Assembly: GCA_016748015.1 (NCBI GenBank)
Contig: JAAOMT010000776.1
Coordinates: 617,496 to 681,495 of the forward strand
Source of the DNA: Geosiphon pyriformis uo1
Taxonomy: Eukaryota > Fungi > Glomeromycota
Length of the DNA stretch: 64,000 bases
Direction of reading: 5' to 3'
Shown here: piece by piece, positions 38,691-51,267 of the stretch
How positions within the stretch are numbered: position 1 is the stretch's first letter
Layout of the letters: each line of letters starts with the position of its first letter
Notes under the pieces: model-generated
Seen by the model: only the letters and a program-made list of their open reading frames with translations
Told to the model about the DNA's origin: nothing
The model's database searches: none
Translations under genes and position numbers: made by a program

Positions 38691-40209
38691 GTTGAAAATT
38701 ATTAACTCGATTAAAATTTTTTATAAAATGTATGATTTTAATATAAATAAGATTTCAACATATTTTTAATATTAAACATTGCTGCATTACACATTAGGAA
38801 TAGTTTAAGTGAGTGAATAATTATTTTAACAAAAATAAATCAATTATTAATTTATAAGATATTTTGGGGCAATAGAGTATTGTGGCAAAGTTAGCAAAAT
38901 AAATTCGCGTGCGAGAATAAGACATGTGAAAGTATGCCATTGAACAAATGGCATTTTTTATACAACCCATCACAAATTAGTAATACCTCCATCCCCGTTT
39001 TACCTTAAAACATAAAAAATATACTGATTTTGCTCAAACTAATATTAATATTGAAATTGAAGGTTGTTTTTGTAGATTTCTTAATAATAAAATAAAATAG
39101 TCAAACAAAATTTTTATAGTTTCATTCACAAAAAGAGTTGAATTTTTTAGATAAATATTGTTTATTTTAAGTTAATACTGAAATTATTAGAATTATTAAT
39201 TTAATATTTTAGATATTTTAAAAATACAATACTGCATTCAAAAACATACTTATAAATTAAAATAATGATTAATTTTTTTTGATAATAAGTTATTGTAATA
39301 ATTAATTATTTTAAAAATTTTCTAAATGATAATAATATTAAACAATAAAAAAATATAAAAATAGAACGATATATTTTTTAAAACAATGCTTTTTTTTTAA
39401 TGATTTTACCATAATATTTAATTTATTAATAAATTAACTCAATCGTAAAAACTTGGAAAAAGAAAATTGAATTTCGTGTTATTAAATTTCATGTGGGATT
39501 ACTTTTTGCGGATTAAACAAATTAAAAAGACTACTGAGTTTTGAAATAAAAAAATGGTTAAATTATAAATTTATCTGCATTTAAATATTTTTATTTTGCG
39601 TGCTGGTGCTTTCAAATGAATTTCTTGATTTATCTTTATTTTTTATAATATTCTTTTGATTCGTATTCAGAAATTATCATTATTTCATTTCAAAATCTAA
39701 AATAAAGTGATTATTGTGAGTGTGATCATTTAACACTAGAATGTGATTATATAAATATTAAAATTATACTATTTTTATTGTAATGTCAGAAATAAGATTC
39801 ATGTTATAAAATTTTTCTTTTGATTTTATATAATCAATAATTTGTTCAAAGACGATTATTTAGGTGATTTAAAAATAATTTGGAATTACAGTTCTGAATT
39901 GTCCTTAAAGCAAAAAAATGGATAAGCAATGAACGGGATTTCAAATCACATTATATTTTATTTATTTCTCTATATTTTAAATAATGTTAAATATTATCAT
40001 GTTTAGAATTTTTGTATTAAAATAGGCGACTTAATTTTAACTTTTCAGCTGCCATTTACTTTTTATTAATAAATATAAACTTACAAAAAATGTATATACA
40101 TGTATACAACAATACTCTATTAATTAAAAAAATACAAATGTGAATCAATATTTATACAAAAAATAGGATATAAATAGTTTAATGAATTATGGACAGGTTT
40201 CAGTCCAAG

Positions 40210-41667
40210 TTAGAAATGTTTTTTTTTCCTTGAATCTTCTTTTAAAAAAGATTCTGAAATGGTGAAATAATATTATGAATCAATCCGTATAACATTGATG
40301 CTAGTATAGGTGCTACCCAGAAAGTCCAATGATCTGAGAAGGATAATTTTTTGAGATTAAATTTTCGTATAAAATGTTCAAAGGCATACAAAATGCTACA
40401 AAGTTTAGTGCCTTACGTGCAAAATCGGAAACTACCACGGAATAGGCAAAGCATTTAACTGGGTTCAAAGAAGCCCTATTCGTGGGATTAATAAAACCAT
40501 TAGATTATGATATTAACAAGCTGAAGGAAACTCAAGACATTAAAGTATGATCTACAACTCACCCAGCCCATCCCAGATTCAGATTACTACTTAACCAAAC
40601 CAACAATCCAAATGCAGAGCCGATAATAATAGCAACCTCCTTTAATGTAAAATTCTTTTTACAGTGAGGATTAAAAACCACGGAAAACACCATTAAGATA
40701 ATGGCAAAATCAAATGTTGCCTCTGCAATCATTGCCCCGATTGGCGAAATCTCTCGAGTGTCAAAGTTGCAAAGACCGAGTTTAGTTTGCTTTGTAAATT
40801 TCTCAGAGGTTATTGTTTTTAAAAGAAAGGCACCCATTATTCCGCCGAATAATTGAGCAATTATATAAATAAGGCCACGAGGAAGCGACATGAGGCGAGT
40901 GAACATTGTTGCTAACGTTATTAAAGAATTTATATGACCTCCTATAACACGAAAAAATGAACATAAAAGAATGAAAAGTTCCCAAAGAAATTGAGAAATT
41001 AATATTATCTTTTTGAAACGAAAAAGTTTTTTTCAAAATACCTGATATTGGTCCTATAGCAATTATCAGAACAGCAATAATTGGCAAATGTGCAAATCCA
41101 ATCAACAGTGATGGAAAAGGAAATCTGATCAGAGAGGATATTAGAAATCAAGGTTTCAAGCATCAAAAGTTTTATTTCGACAGGTAATACTAACCCTGAT
41201 ACAATTGTACCAACAATTGCAGCACCTACAAAGAATTGCAACAGCAAACTACCCAAGAACTCGACACAAACTTGTCTCCAAAAATTGATAGTATATAAGG
41301 GACGGTAATCACACATGGCTCGTAAACTCAAAAACTCTTCTTCAACAGGAACAGTTGTGTTTTTTAGTGAAGGTATATCAATTACACAAGTCTTTTTAAT
41401 TTCTTCGGGAATGCTAATCATTTGAAGTTTATTTTTATCCTTTGGGAAATCACTTGTCAAAGTGACGACGCTATCTATCGAAACTTCGGTCATGGAACGC
41501 TCTTGGCTTTTCAAGTTAATTGTGCTGACTGGTTCTTCGATAATTCCGTGTTGTTTGATTGGGACCGGATCTTCTGGAATTCTTTCTTCAAACCGGAACC
41601 CATCAGCAACATCTAATGAAGATTGATTTTTACTTTTTGATAAAGGATTATTTTGTCTTTGTTTCAT
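40210..41667 (-). CDS. Aquaporin / major intrinsic protein, XIP-like, with non-canonical motifs
   Basis: Five exons encode WRQVCVEFLGS, GPISGGHINSLITLATMF, YIIAQLFGG, loop C LGLC, GWAGASLNPVKCFA and HWTFWVAPI. The stop is at 40210-40212. Confidence 0.92.
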
Positions 41668-42486
41668 ACTGAAGTCATTAAGCGTATAGAGAGTCTTTGG
41701 TTACTTGGGCATTCAGCTTTTATATATCCTCCAATTTTTGCAAAAGACTTGATCGTAAGATTTCGGTCTACATTCGCCTTAATTAAATCGCCCCTTTGAG
41801 TCCACCTTTTTTAAAGATTTCCTCATAATGCCGAATGAGGATTGTTATTCTCGAGATTAGATCCGTGTGAAAAAAATTTTTTTTTACATGACGATTTTTG
41901 ATAATCATCGGCTTTGCTTAAATATAGGTCTGCTCGTTTTGTGACAATCTTTGTTATTCGACGATCTTCCTGTCTTATCATTTCATCAACATCCAATTAG
42001 AAATTCAAATTTTGTAAAAAGTAATTTCAGTCTATCACATCAGGACACTCATTGGTTGGGATATTCCCGGTTTATCAACACAAGAAAGTGAAAAAGTTTT
42101 ACTTACATTGAAATAGTAAAAAGTAAAAAATTTTTGTAATTTTTTTAGACAAGATAGTCAAATTTTAAAGAGTCAACTTCAAGTATGCATGCTTCAGTTT
42201 AAGAAAAGTGCTTAATAATAGGGGATAATCGTGACATTTTTGGTTATTACATAAACTTTTTTGTTTTGCTCCAATTCTGGACAGTGATTGAAATCTCAAA
42301 TATTTAGATCGAGATATCAATTTCATTAAGCTACTACTACTTTTTACACTTACTAACAAATTCTTACTTATTTTTATTAGTGGAAAAAAATAAATGTGGA
42401 AATTATGTATTTTACAGATCTTTAGAAACAATTTTCAGCTGTCATAAATTTCATTGTTCTTTAAAAAAAAAAGGAAATAAAGGATC

Positions 42487-42870
42487 ATGGGTACGTCATT
42501 TGAGAATTATTCAATAGAAGGATTCACATAAAAAATTGTGGAATATCATTTCTTTAATTAAAGAACATTTGAGGAAAGGCTGCTCATTGGAATCATAAAG
42601 GATATTTATGTCAAACATTGGAACCATAAATAATATTTATGTCATTCAATCGTGATTGGGTTTTATGGGCGTCATTTCTCTTTACCTTGGCGAGATGACT
42701 CTTTTACCGAGCGAGCCGAAGAGACCTTGCTACATCAAGCTTGTCTCTGAGTTCGACGATCTATATTATGGTATCGGAATGTCAATGTGTCCCCGATACT
42801 TGTGTGAAAATGGTTAGTTCATTAGACTAATTGCCTAGCTCTTAAAGGATGGGCAGCACCTCGATGAAGT
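42487..42870 (+). pseudogene. Coding-like relic, possibly a class-3 lipase fragment (contains a 50-aa ORF at 42665-42817)
   Basis: A GC-richer, CpG-containing island with in-frame stops. It contains HSIVIGFYG (~42643-42669), sharing SIVIGF with the 38.4-kb relic. Confidence 0.22.
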
Positions 42871-43120
42871 TATCTTGATCAATCTTTTAAAGAAAAAAGT
42901 TCAAATATATTGAAATAATCCAATTTATTGAAATGTGATTTCAACTTTTTCTGAAATTAGATTAATATTAGCCAAAAAAATTTCAGTTCAGTATAGAGAG
43001 ACTATGAAGTTATTTTAATAAATTGATATTGCATTTTTGAAAGCCAAGGGTTATAATCATAAAAATAATTTGTTTGGTGAAAAATATAACTTTGAAAGGG
43101 ATAAATTCGAAAAGCCACTC

Positions 43121-44734
43121 TTACAATATTTTGCCTACCCTCATTGAAGAATCTAACTTTTTCCTTATGGCTTTCCTACCCTTCTTCTTATTCTTCTTCT
43201 TATTTGTAAGAAATGAACTCCCATCCAATTTAACCAGCAAATTTTCCCCATTTGGTACCAAAATATTATGAATATTTGCGGCAAACCCAGAGAATGTGCT
43301 ACCTGGTGTTCCGACAAAATGTTTACTATGAGCAACAACAAGAAGATCTATCATCGGCAAAAGAAATTCTTTCAATGGGGAATTATCAATTGGATTAACA
43401 ATATTATTTAAAGATTCGAGAGTAGAGGTGAAATTTAAAAGGGTCAGGATACAGGGATAGGTATTGAAAATGGGAGATAACGAAGTATCATTTAGCTGAG
43501 CATCTGTGGCTATATAAATTATTTTGGAGGTTGATGATCGTATCGAATCATTCTTTGGAAATCGGCAATTTATCGATGAAGATTGTCGAAGATTATCTTG
43601 ATCAATGTTTGTGACTTCATGTAAAGCCTCCACTATTCTTTCAATTGTCTCTGTTTTGTTTTGTTGAAAGGTCAAATCTCCCATTCTCAAATGTACACCG
43701 ATAAATGACGCCAATCCACCCAGATCATGTATAATGCTCTTGGATATATTGACTAAAGCTGGATGAGAAAATAACATTTTGTCCAATATCGATTTTCGAA
43801 ATTTGAGATTTTCCGAGAATCTTAACCTTAAACGACTAGAGCCGAATATCGAGAACATATGAACCAATTTTTCTGGACGAGATCGTAATTCACACAAATG
43901 TAGTGCTTGTTTGAATGGGACCAGGTTCACAGGTATGTGAGACGAATCATCAAAGAATTGAGGATAATACCTATCTTTATTTTGAATGTAATGTATCTCA
44001 GTTTCAGGATCAACAATTCCTAAACTTGATATCAGCCTCTTGAACGAAAAATCTGGTCGATTAATCATTCGAATGTTATTTCTCACGAATTCCATGTCAA
44101 ACAAGTAATCCCATGGAAGCAGCGTATATGAAGGTTGATTTTGTTGGCATGATAAATCGTCTTCTTCATCACTTAAATATCTACAAGTTTCTGAAACAAT
44201 TTTTCCTGATTTAAATTCGGCCAACAAATGTTGTAGATAAAGTTCTCTTTTCCAAGGTAATGTTTTACCAAGAATTATCGGTGGTACAATTAATGTTCGA
44301 TTCGTGTACCAGGCAAGGATAATTCCATTTATGAGGGAAATTCGTTGATTTGTGAAACCGCTGTGAGGCAAGTAAGTTATATATTTTTCTTGGTGATGAT
44401 TCTTAGAGTTTGATGAAACTTGAGTTTCTTCAGGTTCACATTGAATAGTTGGTTGATGAGTTGATGAATTTTTGATATGATTTTCGAGTTTTTTTGACTC
44501 ATCGGAAATACTCTTATCAAGAAATGTGATATTTACACTCTTATAACTATCCTGACTTTCATTATCAGCAATCGGGTAAGGAAGCAGAGAAATCTTTAAA
44601 ACCTTGTGAATGTAAAATATTGCATAAAAGCTCAAGATTAATCCAATTCCAATTGAAAATTTTCTTTGTAATCTACCAAAATTTCGACGGTTAGAGTTTG
44701 AATAGGATGATGATAAGAATTGATGATTTTTCAT
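43121..44734 (-). CDS. GDP-fucose O-fucosyltransferase-family (GT-B) type II membrane protein
   Basis: An intronless 537-aa ORF with an N-terminal TM and the motifs YLPHSGFTNQ, GVHLRMGD, IYIATD and FVGTPGSTFS. Confidence 0.87.
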   Translation of the reverse strand: MKNHQFLSSSYSNSNRRNFGRLQRKFSIGIGLILSFYAIFYIHKVLKISLLPYPIADNESQDSYKSVNITFLDKSISDESKKLENHIKNSSTHQPTIQCEPEETQVSSNSKNHHQEKYITYLPHSGFTNQRISLINGIILAWYTNRTLIVPPIILGKTLPWKRELYLQHLLAEFKSGKIVSETCRYLSDEEDDLSCQQNQPSYTLLPWDYLFDMEFVRNNIRMINRPDFSFKRLISSLGIVDPETEIHYIQNKDRYYPQFFDDSSHIPVNLVPFKQALHLCELRSRPEKLVHMFSIFGSSRLRLRFSENLKFRKSILDKMLFSHPALVNISKSIIHDLGGLASFIGVHLRMGDLTFQQNKTETIERIVEALHEVTNIDQDNLRQSSSINCRFPKNDSIRSSTSKIIYIATDAQLNDTSLSPIFNTYPCILTLLNFTSTLESLNNIVNPIDNSPLKEFLLPMIDLLVVAHSKHFVGTPGSTFSGFAANIHNILVPNGENLLVKLDGSSFLTNKKKNKKKGRKAIRKKLDSSMRVGKIL

Positions 44735-44790
44735 ATTTTTTTCTTTGAAAAGTGCCTAATATCTGATGTTACGGGTGTTAAAAATGAGGA

Positions 44791-45029
44791 ACACACACAC
44801 ACACACACACANNNNNNNNNNNNNNNNNNNNNNNNNNNNNNNNNNNNNNNNNNNNNNNNNNNNNNNNNNNNNNNNNNNNNNNNNNNNNNNNNNNNNNNNN
44901 NNNNNNNNNNNNNNNNNNNNNNNNNNNNNNNNNNNNNNNNNNNNNNNNNNNNNNNNNNNNNNNNNNNNNNNNNNNNNNNNNNNNNNNNNNNNNNNNNNNN
45001 NNNNNNNNNNNNNNNNNNNNNNNNNNNNN

Positions 45030-45078
<49 letters not shown>
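44791..45078. repeat. (CA)n microsatellite, 218-N assembly gap (44812-45029) and poly-T tract
   Basis: Read directly from the sequence. Confidence 0.97.
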
Positions 45079-45163
45079 CCAAAAAAAAATTAGAACCATA
45101 ACAATTAATAAATATTTAGGCAATTAAATTTTCGAGATAAATTCTTTTAAAACTTATACTTAC

Positions 45164-45579
45164 GGGATTCTCAAAAGATGATCCTAACCATTTCCATTTA
45201 TCCGGTATAGGAGGACATTCATAAACTTGTATTTTACCCGAATCAATATCTTCTGGACAATCACAGAAATCTTTGTTATTTAGAATCCAATATTCTGTTG
45301 AATGATGAGTCCATGGATAATTGTCTGGTTTTGTTTGAAATCTTGGAACATTATCGTCTTGATTTGTTATTCTATAAACAACTATCTGCCGATTAATGTA
45401 ATTTGCAAATGCTTGATTTCCTATACGTGGTTGTCCATATGTATAGACTGTTATATCTCCAAGGAATGATTGTTTCAATAGTAATGCGGCAAGTACTGCA
45501 AACGCTGGATAAAAAAGTTGATATCAATGTTTTTTGAGATAACAGTATATATATATATATATATATACGACACCCATAC

Positions 45580-45612
<33 letters not shown>

Positions 45613-46579
45613 TAAGTAAATAAGTAAATAAGTACTTACCACCACCTTCTCCATGTCCAGTCAATCGAAAAGCATAAAAAAGTTTTTTAGATTCTAAAAA
45701 TGCCAAAATTTTTTTCAAAAATTTCTCTCGAACTCTCATAAGTTTGGTAAATATATTTAGGTCAACTCTTTTTTGACCCTGATGATACTCTGATTTCGGT
45801 GATTCTCCAATTCTCCTTTTTTCTTGAAAGTTTATTGGTGTACCTTTAAAGTAGATAATAATTTCTCTATTTCTTTTATCCGGTTGAAAAGCATAAGCTA
45901 AAAATATATATATATATATATATATTCAAGGTCAGAAAAATTCTTGATCAGAACATATCTTGAACTGAATTGAAATTTAATCAGATTTCACTTGAAAAAA
46001 AAACATAAATAAAATACATGTACCATAAACACCCTCTCCAATTTTTCCATTCTGTTCTGACAAACAATAAGCTTCTTGAGCATAAAAAGCATATTTGGCA
46101 AAATCTGCCAAAAGTTTACGTTCATGAGATCCTCTTAAAATATTTTTATATTTTGCCTCATATTTTGTAAAATCGTTTTGTAAAGATTTTGACAAAGGTG
46201 AATCTGATTCTTCGTTATTAGATTTTCCACTTTTTGTTTTTGATTTCCATAAAGACCTTTTTGTTTTCGCATTGGAATTCTCAATTATAGTTCGCATGAA
46301 GGATTTGTATTTTCGTAATTTTACTTCAATATCCGTTACTTGTATTTTGAAAAAATTTTCTAAAATTTTTTTACTTGAATGAAATTTTAGGTGTTTATTT
46401 TTCCAATTAAAATGTGCTTGAGAAACGTTCTTGGAATCATTTGAATTTTGAAAAATGAAAACAGTTTCAGATTTTCTCTCGTCTGAGACAAGATCCCATA
46501 AAATTTTGTAAAAACAAAAAGTAAAAATAACAATAACAAAAAATAATAATACAAAAACCGTAGAGACTATATTTTTCAT
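45164..46579 (-). CDS. Class-3 lipase-fold protein with signal/TM anchor and no catalytic Ser (GHGEGG); last exon probably in the gap
   Basis: Motifs: FAKYAFYAQEAYC, EIIIYFKG, RLTGHGEGG|AFAVLAAL, YTYGQPRIGNQAFANY, YRITNQDDNVP, HHSTEYWI, CDC...YECP...ENP, followed by a GT donor. Confidence 0.85.
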
Positions 46580-47168
46580 GATAAATAGTATTTTTAAACG
46601 GATTAATTTAGTATAGGTAGAGTTTAGGATTGAAATTCGATTTTGTAATTCTTGAAAAAGTGGGCATGTGCTCTAAAAAGAATAAATTCTTTGGCTTATA
46701 TACTTTATTTATTGATGAAAACAGTCTTTTTCCACCATATTAAAGAAAAACATTTATATTCGATTATCCATGGCAAAATGAATTAATATGATTTGTTTAC
46801 TAGTAATTCACCCTACTTTAAAACTTGACCCTTTTAAATTTCTTTTTCGTCTTAAATGATATTTATAGAAAAATTTGATTTTTTTTGACAATTTCAAAAT
46901 TTTTCATATTCATATATTTTGATGTTTCAAGTATCAGTTTTGACGTGATATGAGCACATATCGTTTTTAACTATAGGATATTCTCTATTGGTTAAGAAAT
47001 TTTAAACAGAATAAGTAGTGGCTGTACAATTCGGATAAGACATCAAACCCTTGATATATATATAATATATAAACGTTAGAACGAATAAGACATTTAGAAC
47101 AAGATTTTCTAATGATGAATTTCAGTCTTTTAATCCATTTTTAGCCAGGTCCGTATTCTTAGCTAGCT

Positions 47169-47202
<34 letters not shown>

Positions 47203-47641
47203 ACCTGATCTTTCCTCCTTACGAGACATGTAATTTTTGAGACATAACTGTGCATTGTAACCAATCCAGAATTCTAGAAATTATCTTCATGCCTGGTTAG
47301 ATTAAAACTATTTTATTCATACAATGTGGCTCATTTTCATTCATACAATGTGGCTCATTTATTAGATAAATTTATATAGATCATCGGCGAGAGGACAAAA
47401 TATCAGCCCATGATTTAATGAATCATCGATGAAATAAAAAAAAAATTGATTTTAGAGAAAAAAATTAATTCTTTTCTGATTTTCTCTTTTGAAGTTGATC
47501 TCAAAGAAACTTGGAAATCTTGGTTCCGGGAAAATTAGTACTGTTTTTTTCATTCTCTTGAAAAGATAAATTTTCTTGGAAATGGGAATTTAAAAAATAT
47601 AAAATGAACCAAATTATCTTTATTACATTCGAAAAAATAAG

Positions 47642-48339
47642 ATGTCTCAATTGATTAATAATGATCAAGAAGAAATTATCTCATCCAATGATTTTCAAAA
47701 ATCAATTTCCCCTAGAAAATTTCATGAAGAAATCTTATTCTTTCCGGAGGTGAAAGTTCCATTCCCGCCTAAAATTACCCCCCAAGAAGTTCTCATTATA
47801 GATGGGAAAAAAATCCCTTCAAAAGCGCCAAACAGTTTTATCATCTATCGAAAAGCGTATCAGAAACAAATTCGAGATATTGGATATAGTTTACCATTAG
47901 CAAAAATTTCATCAATGGCATCTAAAGCATGGAAAATAGAACCTGAACATGTGAGAAAAGCTTACAAGGAATTAGCAAAAAGTGTTAATTATTTGTTGAC
48001 TGGTATTCGTGCGAAATCTTTGAAGAAGATAGACTGGAGTGAAAATGAAAATAGTATTAACTTTAATGATAAATTTTCAAGTGAAAAAAATTCTTTAGAG
48101 AATCATTTTGAAAAATTTTGGGAGAATTCTTCAACTAAGGACAAAGATTTATCATTCTCAAATTTCAATATTAATGAGCAAATTGGTTCAAGTTCAAAAG
48201 ATTTTTCAGAGTTTACCGCCGAATCTGATCAATCTAATAGATTTTTTAATGACGACGCTTATGAAGATATTCCTTTTCTAAATTTCATGGATTCACAAAC
48301 TTTTTTCAACAATTTTCAATCTATTCCCGAACAAATCTC

Positions 48340-48370
<31 letters not shown>

Positions 48371-48550
48371 CATCCAGCGATCATTGAAACAAATCCAGTT
48401 TCTTCTGATTTTCAAAATTGGATTGATTCCTCTAATTTATTGTTATACGACAACCAAATGGTTTTTTCCTTTTTAGCCTCAACCACTACGATATGTTCAA
48501 ATCATTTTTCCAACAATTTTTGTGATTTGTGTAATAGTAACTATGTTTAA
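47642..48550 (+). CDS. MATA-type HMG-box transcription factor (paralogue 1)
   Basis: Intronless. VPFPPKITP...PSKAPNSFIIYRKAY...ISSMASKAWKIEPEHVRKAYKELA, with an acidic, Asn-rich C-terminus. Confidence 0.92.
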
Positions 48551-49320
48551 AAACCGAATAAACAAATAAACAAACAAACAAACAAACAAAAAAACAAAAA
48601 AACAAAAAAACAAGCAAAAAGACCAGACAAACATAAAACAAATCAACTAACTTAATTTTAATAAGCTCTATGATGAAAATTTAATTATATATATATATAA
48701 AAATAAATTCCCTCATATTTTGACAATTTCTAAACTTTCTATGTAAAAATAATGGAAATTATACATTTTTTAAATATTTAAGATAAAGACCTCATTATGG
48801 TAAAAAAATTTTCAAAAAAAAAGTTCAAAGAATATGATAATATTAATAAATATGATTACAAATAGTATGGCTATAAATAGAAAAGTTATTGAATGTTTCC
48901 TTTTGATAAAATTTTTTTTTTAAAAAAAAAACACTCTATAACTATTTGTCTACTTTCTTCATTATTAATCTAACTTGGAAAGCACGGAAGATCAGTTTGT
49001 TAATTATAGGAAAACGCTTTTTAAATTTGTAATTGCTGGAAATTTGAATGTATATATTGTCTTTTTCGAATAATAATTGTTTACAAAAAAACTTTTTGTC
49101 ATAATAAAGAGTTAAAAAATTCTAAAGATTTTTTGAAACTTTTTTGAATTTTTAGAATCAACAAATTCAAACTTTAAGTTTATTTCAGTGGCTATGTAGG
49201 TTGATCGATTACCGAATAGAAACATTCTTTGAATTTATTAGATGTTGTAAAAGTGATTTATGCATTTTGTCAAACTGTTCCCCAATGTCGGCGTGGTGGT
49301 TGAGTTATTTGACGTCAGAC

Positions 49321-49349
49321 ACAACAACTAAAACAACAACAACAACGAC

Positions 49350-49386
<37 letters not shown>

Positions 49387-49389
49387 GTA
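49321..49389. repeat. Compound (ACA)n(ATA)n microsatellite
   Basis: Read directly from the sequence. Confidence 0.9.
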
Positions 49390-50505
49390 ATGAAATTTTG
49401 ATTCATGAAACATGAATATTTCTGCAAGAGTAGAATTCTTGTTCATTAAGAAAACAAGTAAAATCTATTTATAAAATTTATCATAACTCTTGAGTAGCGA
49501 ATGAAACATTTTAGGAAATTGAGGTTGTTCATTTAACTTTCAAATTAGATATTATTATTATTATTATTATTATTCAAATATTGCTGGTAAAAAAGGCTAA
49601 TTTTAGATTTAATATTAAAGACCCATGGGTAATTTAATTTAGTTCTCATTATAGAAAACAAAAAAAAACAAAAAAAACAAAAAGTAAAAAAAGGAACAAA
49701 ACTCATGATAAAAAATTCTGGATTTTTATTGAAATTTAACTTTGAATCATTTGATACCCGTAACTTAACCGAAACTTATTCAGATACAAGTTTTTGATTC
49801 GGTTATAACACAAGTGAAATAACCTGAGTCAAATTTTCAAATATGAAAAAATTTTGATGGGAGACATGGTCAACTAAAATTCCGAGATCCTAATTCAAAG
49901 ACCTTGGATTTTTTTCAAATTCCAAAATTAGTTATTAATCCCCGAATTAAAAAAAAATCACAGCACTGCTAACTAGCCACGCTAAGTGAAACACAATCAT
50001 TCTAAATAGAACTATGCTATTATACATTTCTCTAGTGTTTTATTTTTCATAGGACTTTTAAATTAGAATAATTTTATGTTACCCAACCATTTACTTGGAT
50101 GTACATGTAACAGTAACGCGGTAGATTACTTCCGCTAGAATTCTGGTAATACAAAGTACATTGCCGAATAATAGTTTATGGTACATGTATCCCCTTGATT
50201 AAAGATATTTTTAAACCTAATTTTAAATACACTCACAAGAATATCATTTTTTTTGTTGTTTTTTGTTTGTTTTTTTTTGTTTTTTTTTTTACATACAATT
50301 GATAATATTAAAAAATCGGACTTTGAGCCTTGGCCAAAAAAAAAAATATAAATTCATGGACAATTTTTAACAATGTCTTTAGCGAGAAAAAGAAATTAAA
50401 AATTTCATTATATTTTGATCAAGTTTTGAAATCAAAAAAGAAATTCTCAAAAAGAAAAAATCTTTAACAATTCACAAGAATTGAATTTTGAAATTATTGA
50501 AAAAC

Positions 50506-51218
50506 ATGTCACAATTAAATGATAAAGAATTCTCTACTCCCTCACAAACCTCAAATATTATCCTTGAATGTCCAATTCCAGATTTAATTGTCCCATTTCC
50601 ACCAAGAATCACCCCCAAAGAATGTATATCAATAAAAGATGGGAAAATTCCATCAAAAGCTCCAAACTGTTTCATTCTTTATCGTAAAGCATATCAAAAA
50701 GCGATTCATGAAGGTGGATATTCGATTCGACTTAGCTCTGTTTCTACCTTTGCATCCAAATCATGGCGACGTGAACCAGAAGATGTTAAAAAAGCTTATC
50801 GTGAATTAGCGAGAAAAGTAAATTTTATTTTAACTGAAATGCATGCTAAAGCATTATTAGTTAAGAAAACGGAAATAAATGAAAACCAAAATTTTGTAGT
50901 AGATTTTGATAATTTATTAATTGATCCGATTGAAATGGAATATACATATAACATGTCTTCTCCTATGGATCCTGCTTATTTTGAAAGTGATTTAGAAATG
51001 TCACCCATGAATGGAGATAAAGAATTCGACTTTGATTCTAATCCCATAATCTTGGAGACAAGTTCAAATTTCGATTTATCTTCAACAAAACCAAATATAA
51101 ACATTCTTGATAATTTAAGATTTAATGATGACATACAAGATACAAATCAAATAATGAATTTCGAAAGCTCTTTTTGTACCGACGAAATCTTGGATTCCTG
51201 TCAAAGTCCCCAAACAGC

Positions 51219-51267
<49 letters not shown>

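Noticed and set aside
42665-42870. Several short hairpins suggesting a structured ncRNA (snRNA, snoRNA or TPP riboswitch)
   Set aside because: No diagnostic boxes or conserved loops could be identified and the stems are only 5-8 bp. A coding relic explains the GC content as well. An Rfam/Infernal scan would settle it.
43121-44734. Intronless glycosyltransferase as a possible bacterial horizontal transfer
   Set aside because: Type II membrane topology and the motif set fit the fungal O-fucosyltransferase-like family, composition matches neighbouring genes, and other host genes here are also intronless.
44767-44776. TGTTACGGGT, identical to the LTR terminus at 11291-11300 (reverse complement)
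   Set aside because: Only a 10-bp match and the similarity does not extend, so it is probably chance.
44720-45127. ORFs spanning the N gap (poly-F, poly-K, HTHT)
   Set aside because: Artefacts of the Ns and simple repeats.
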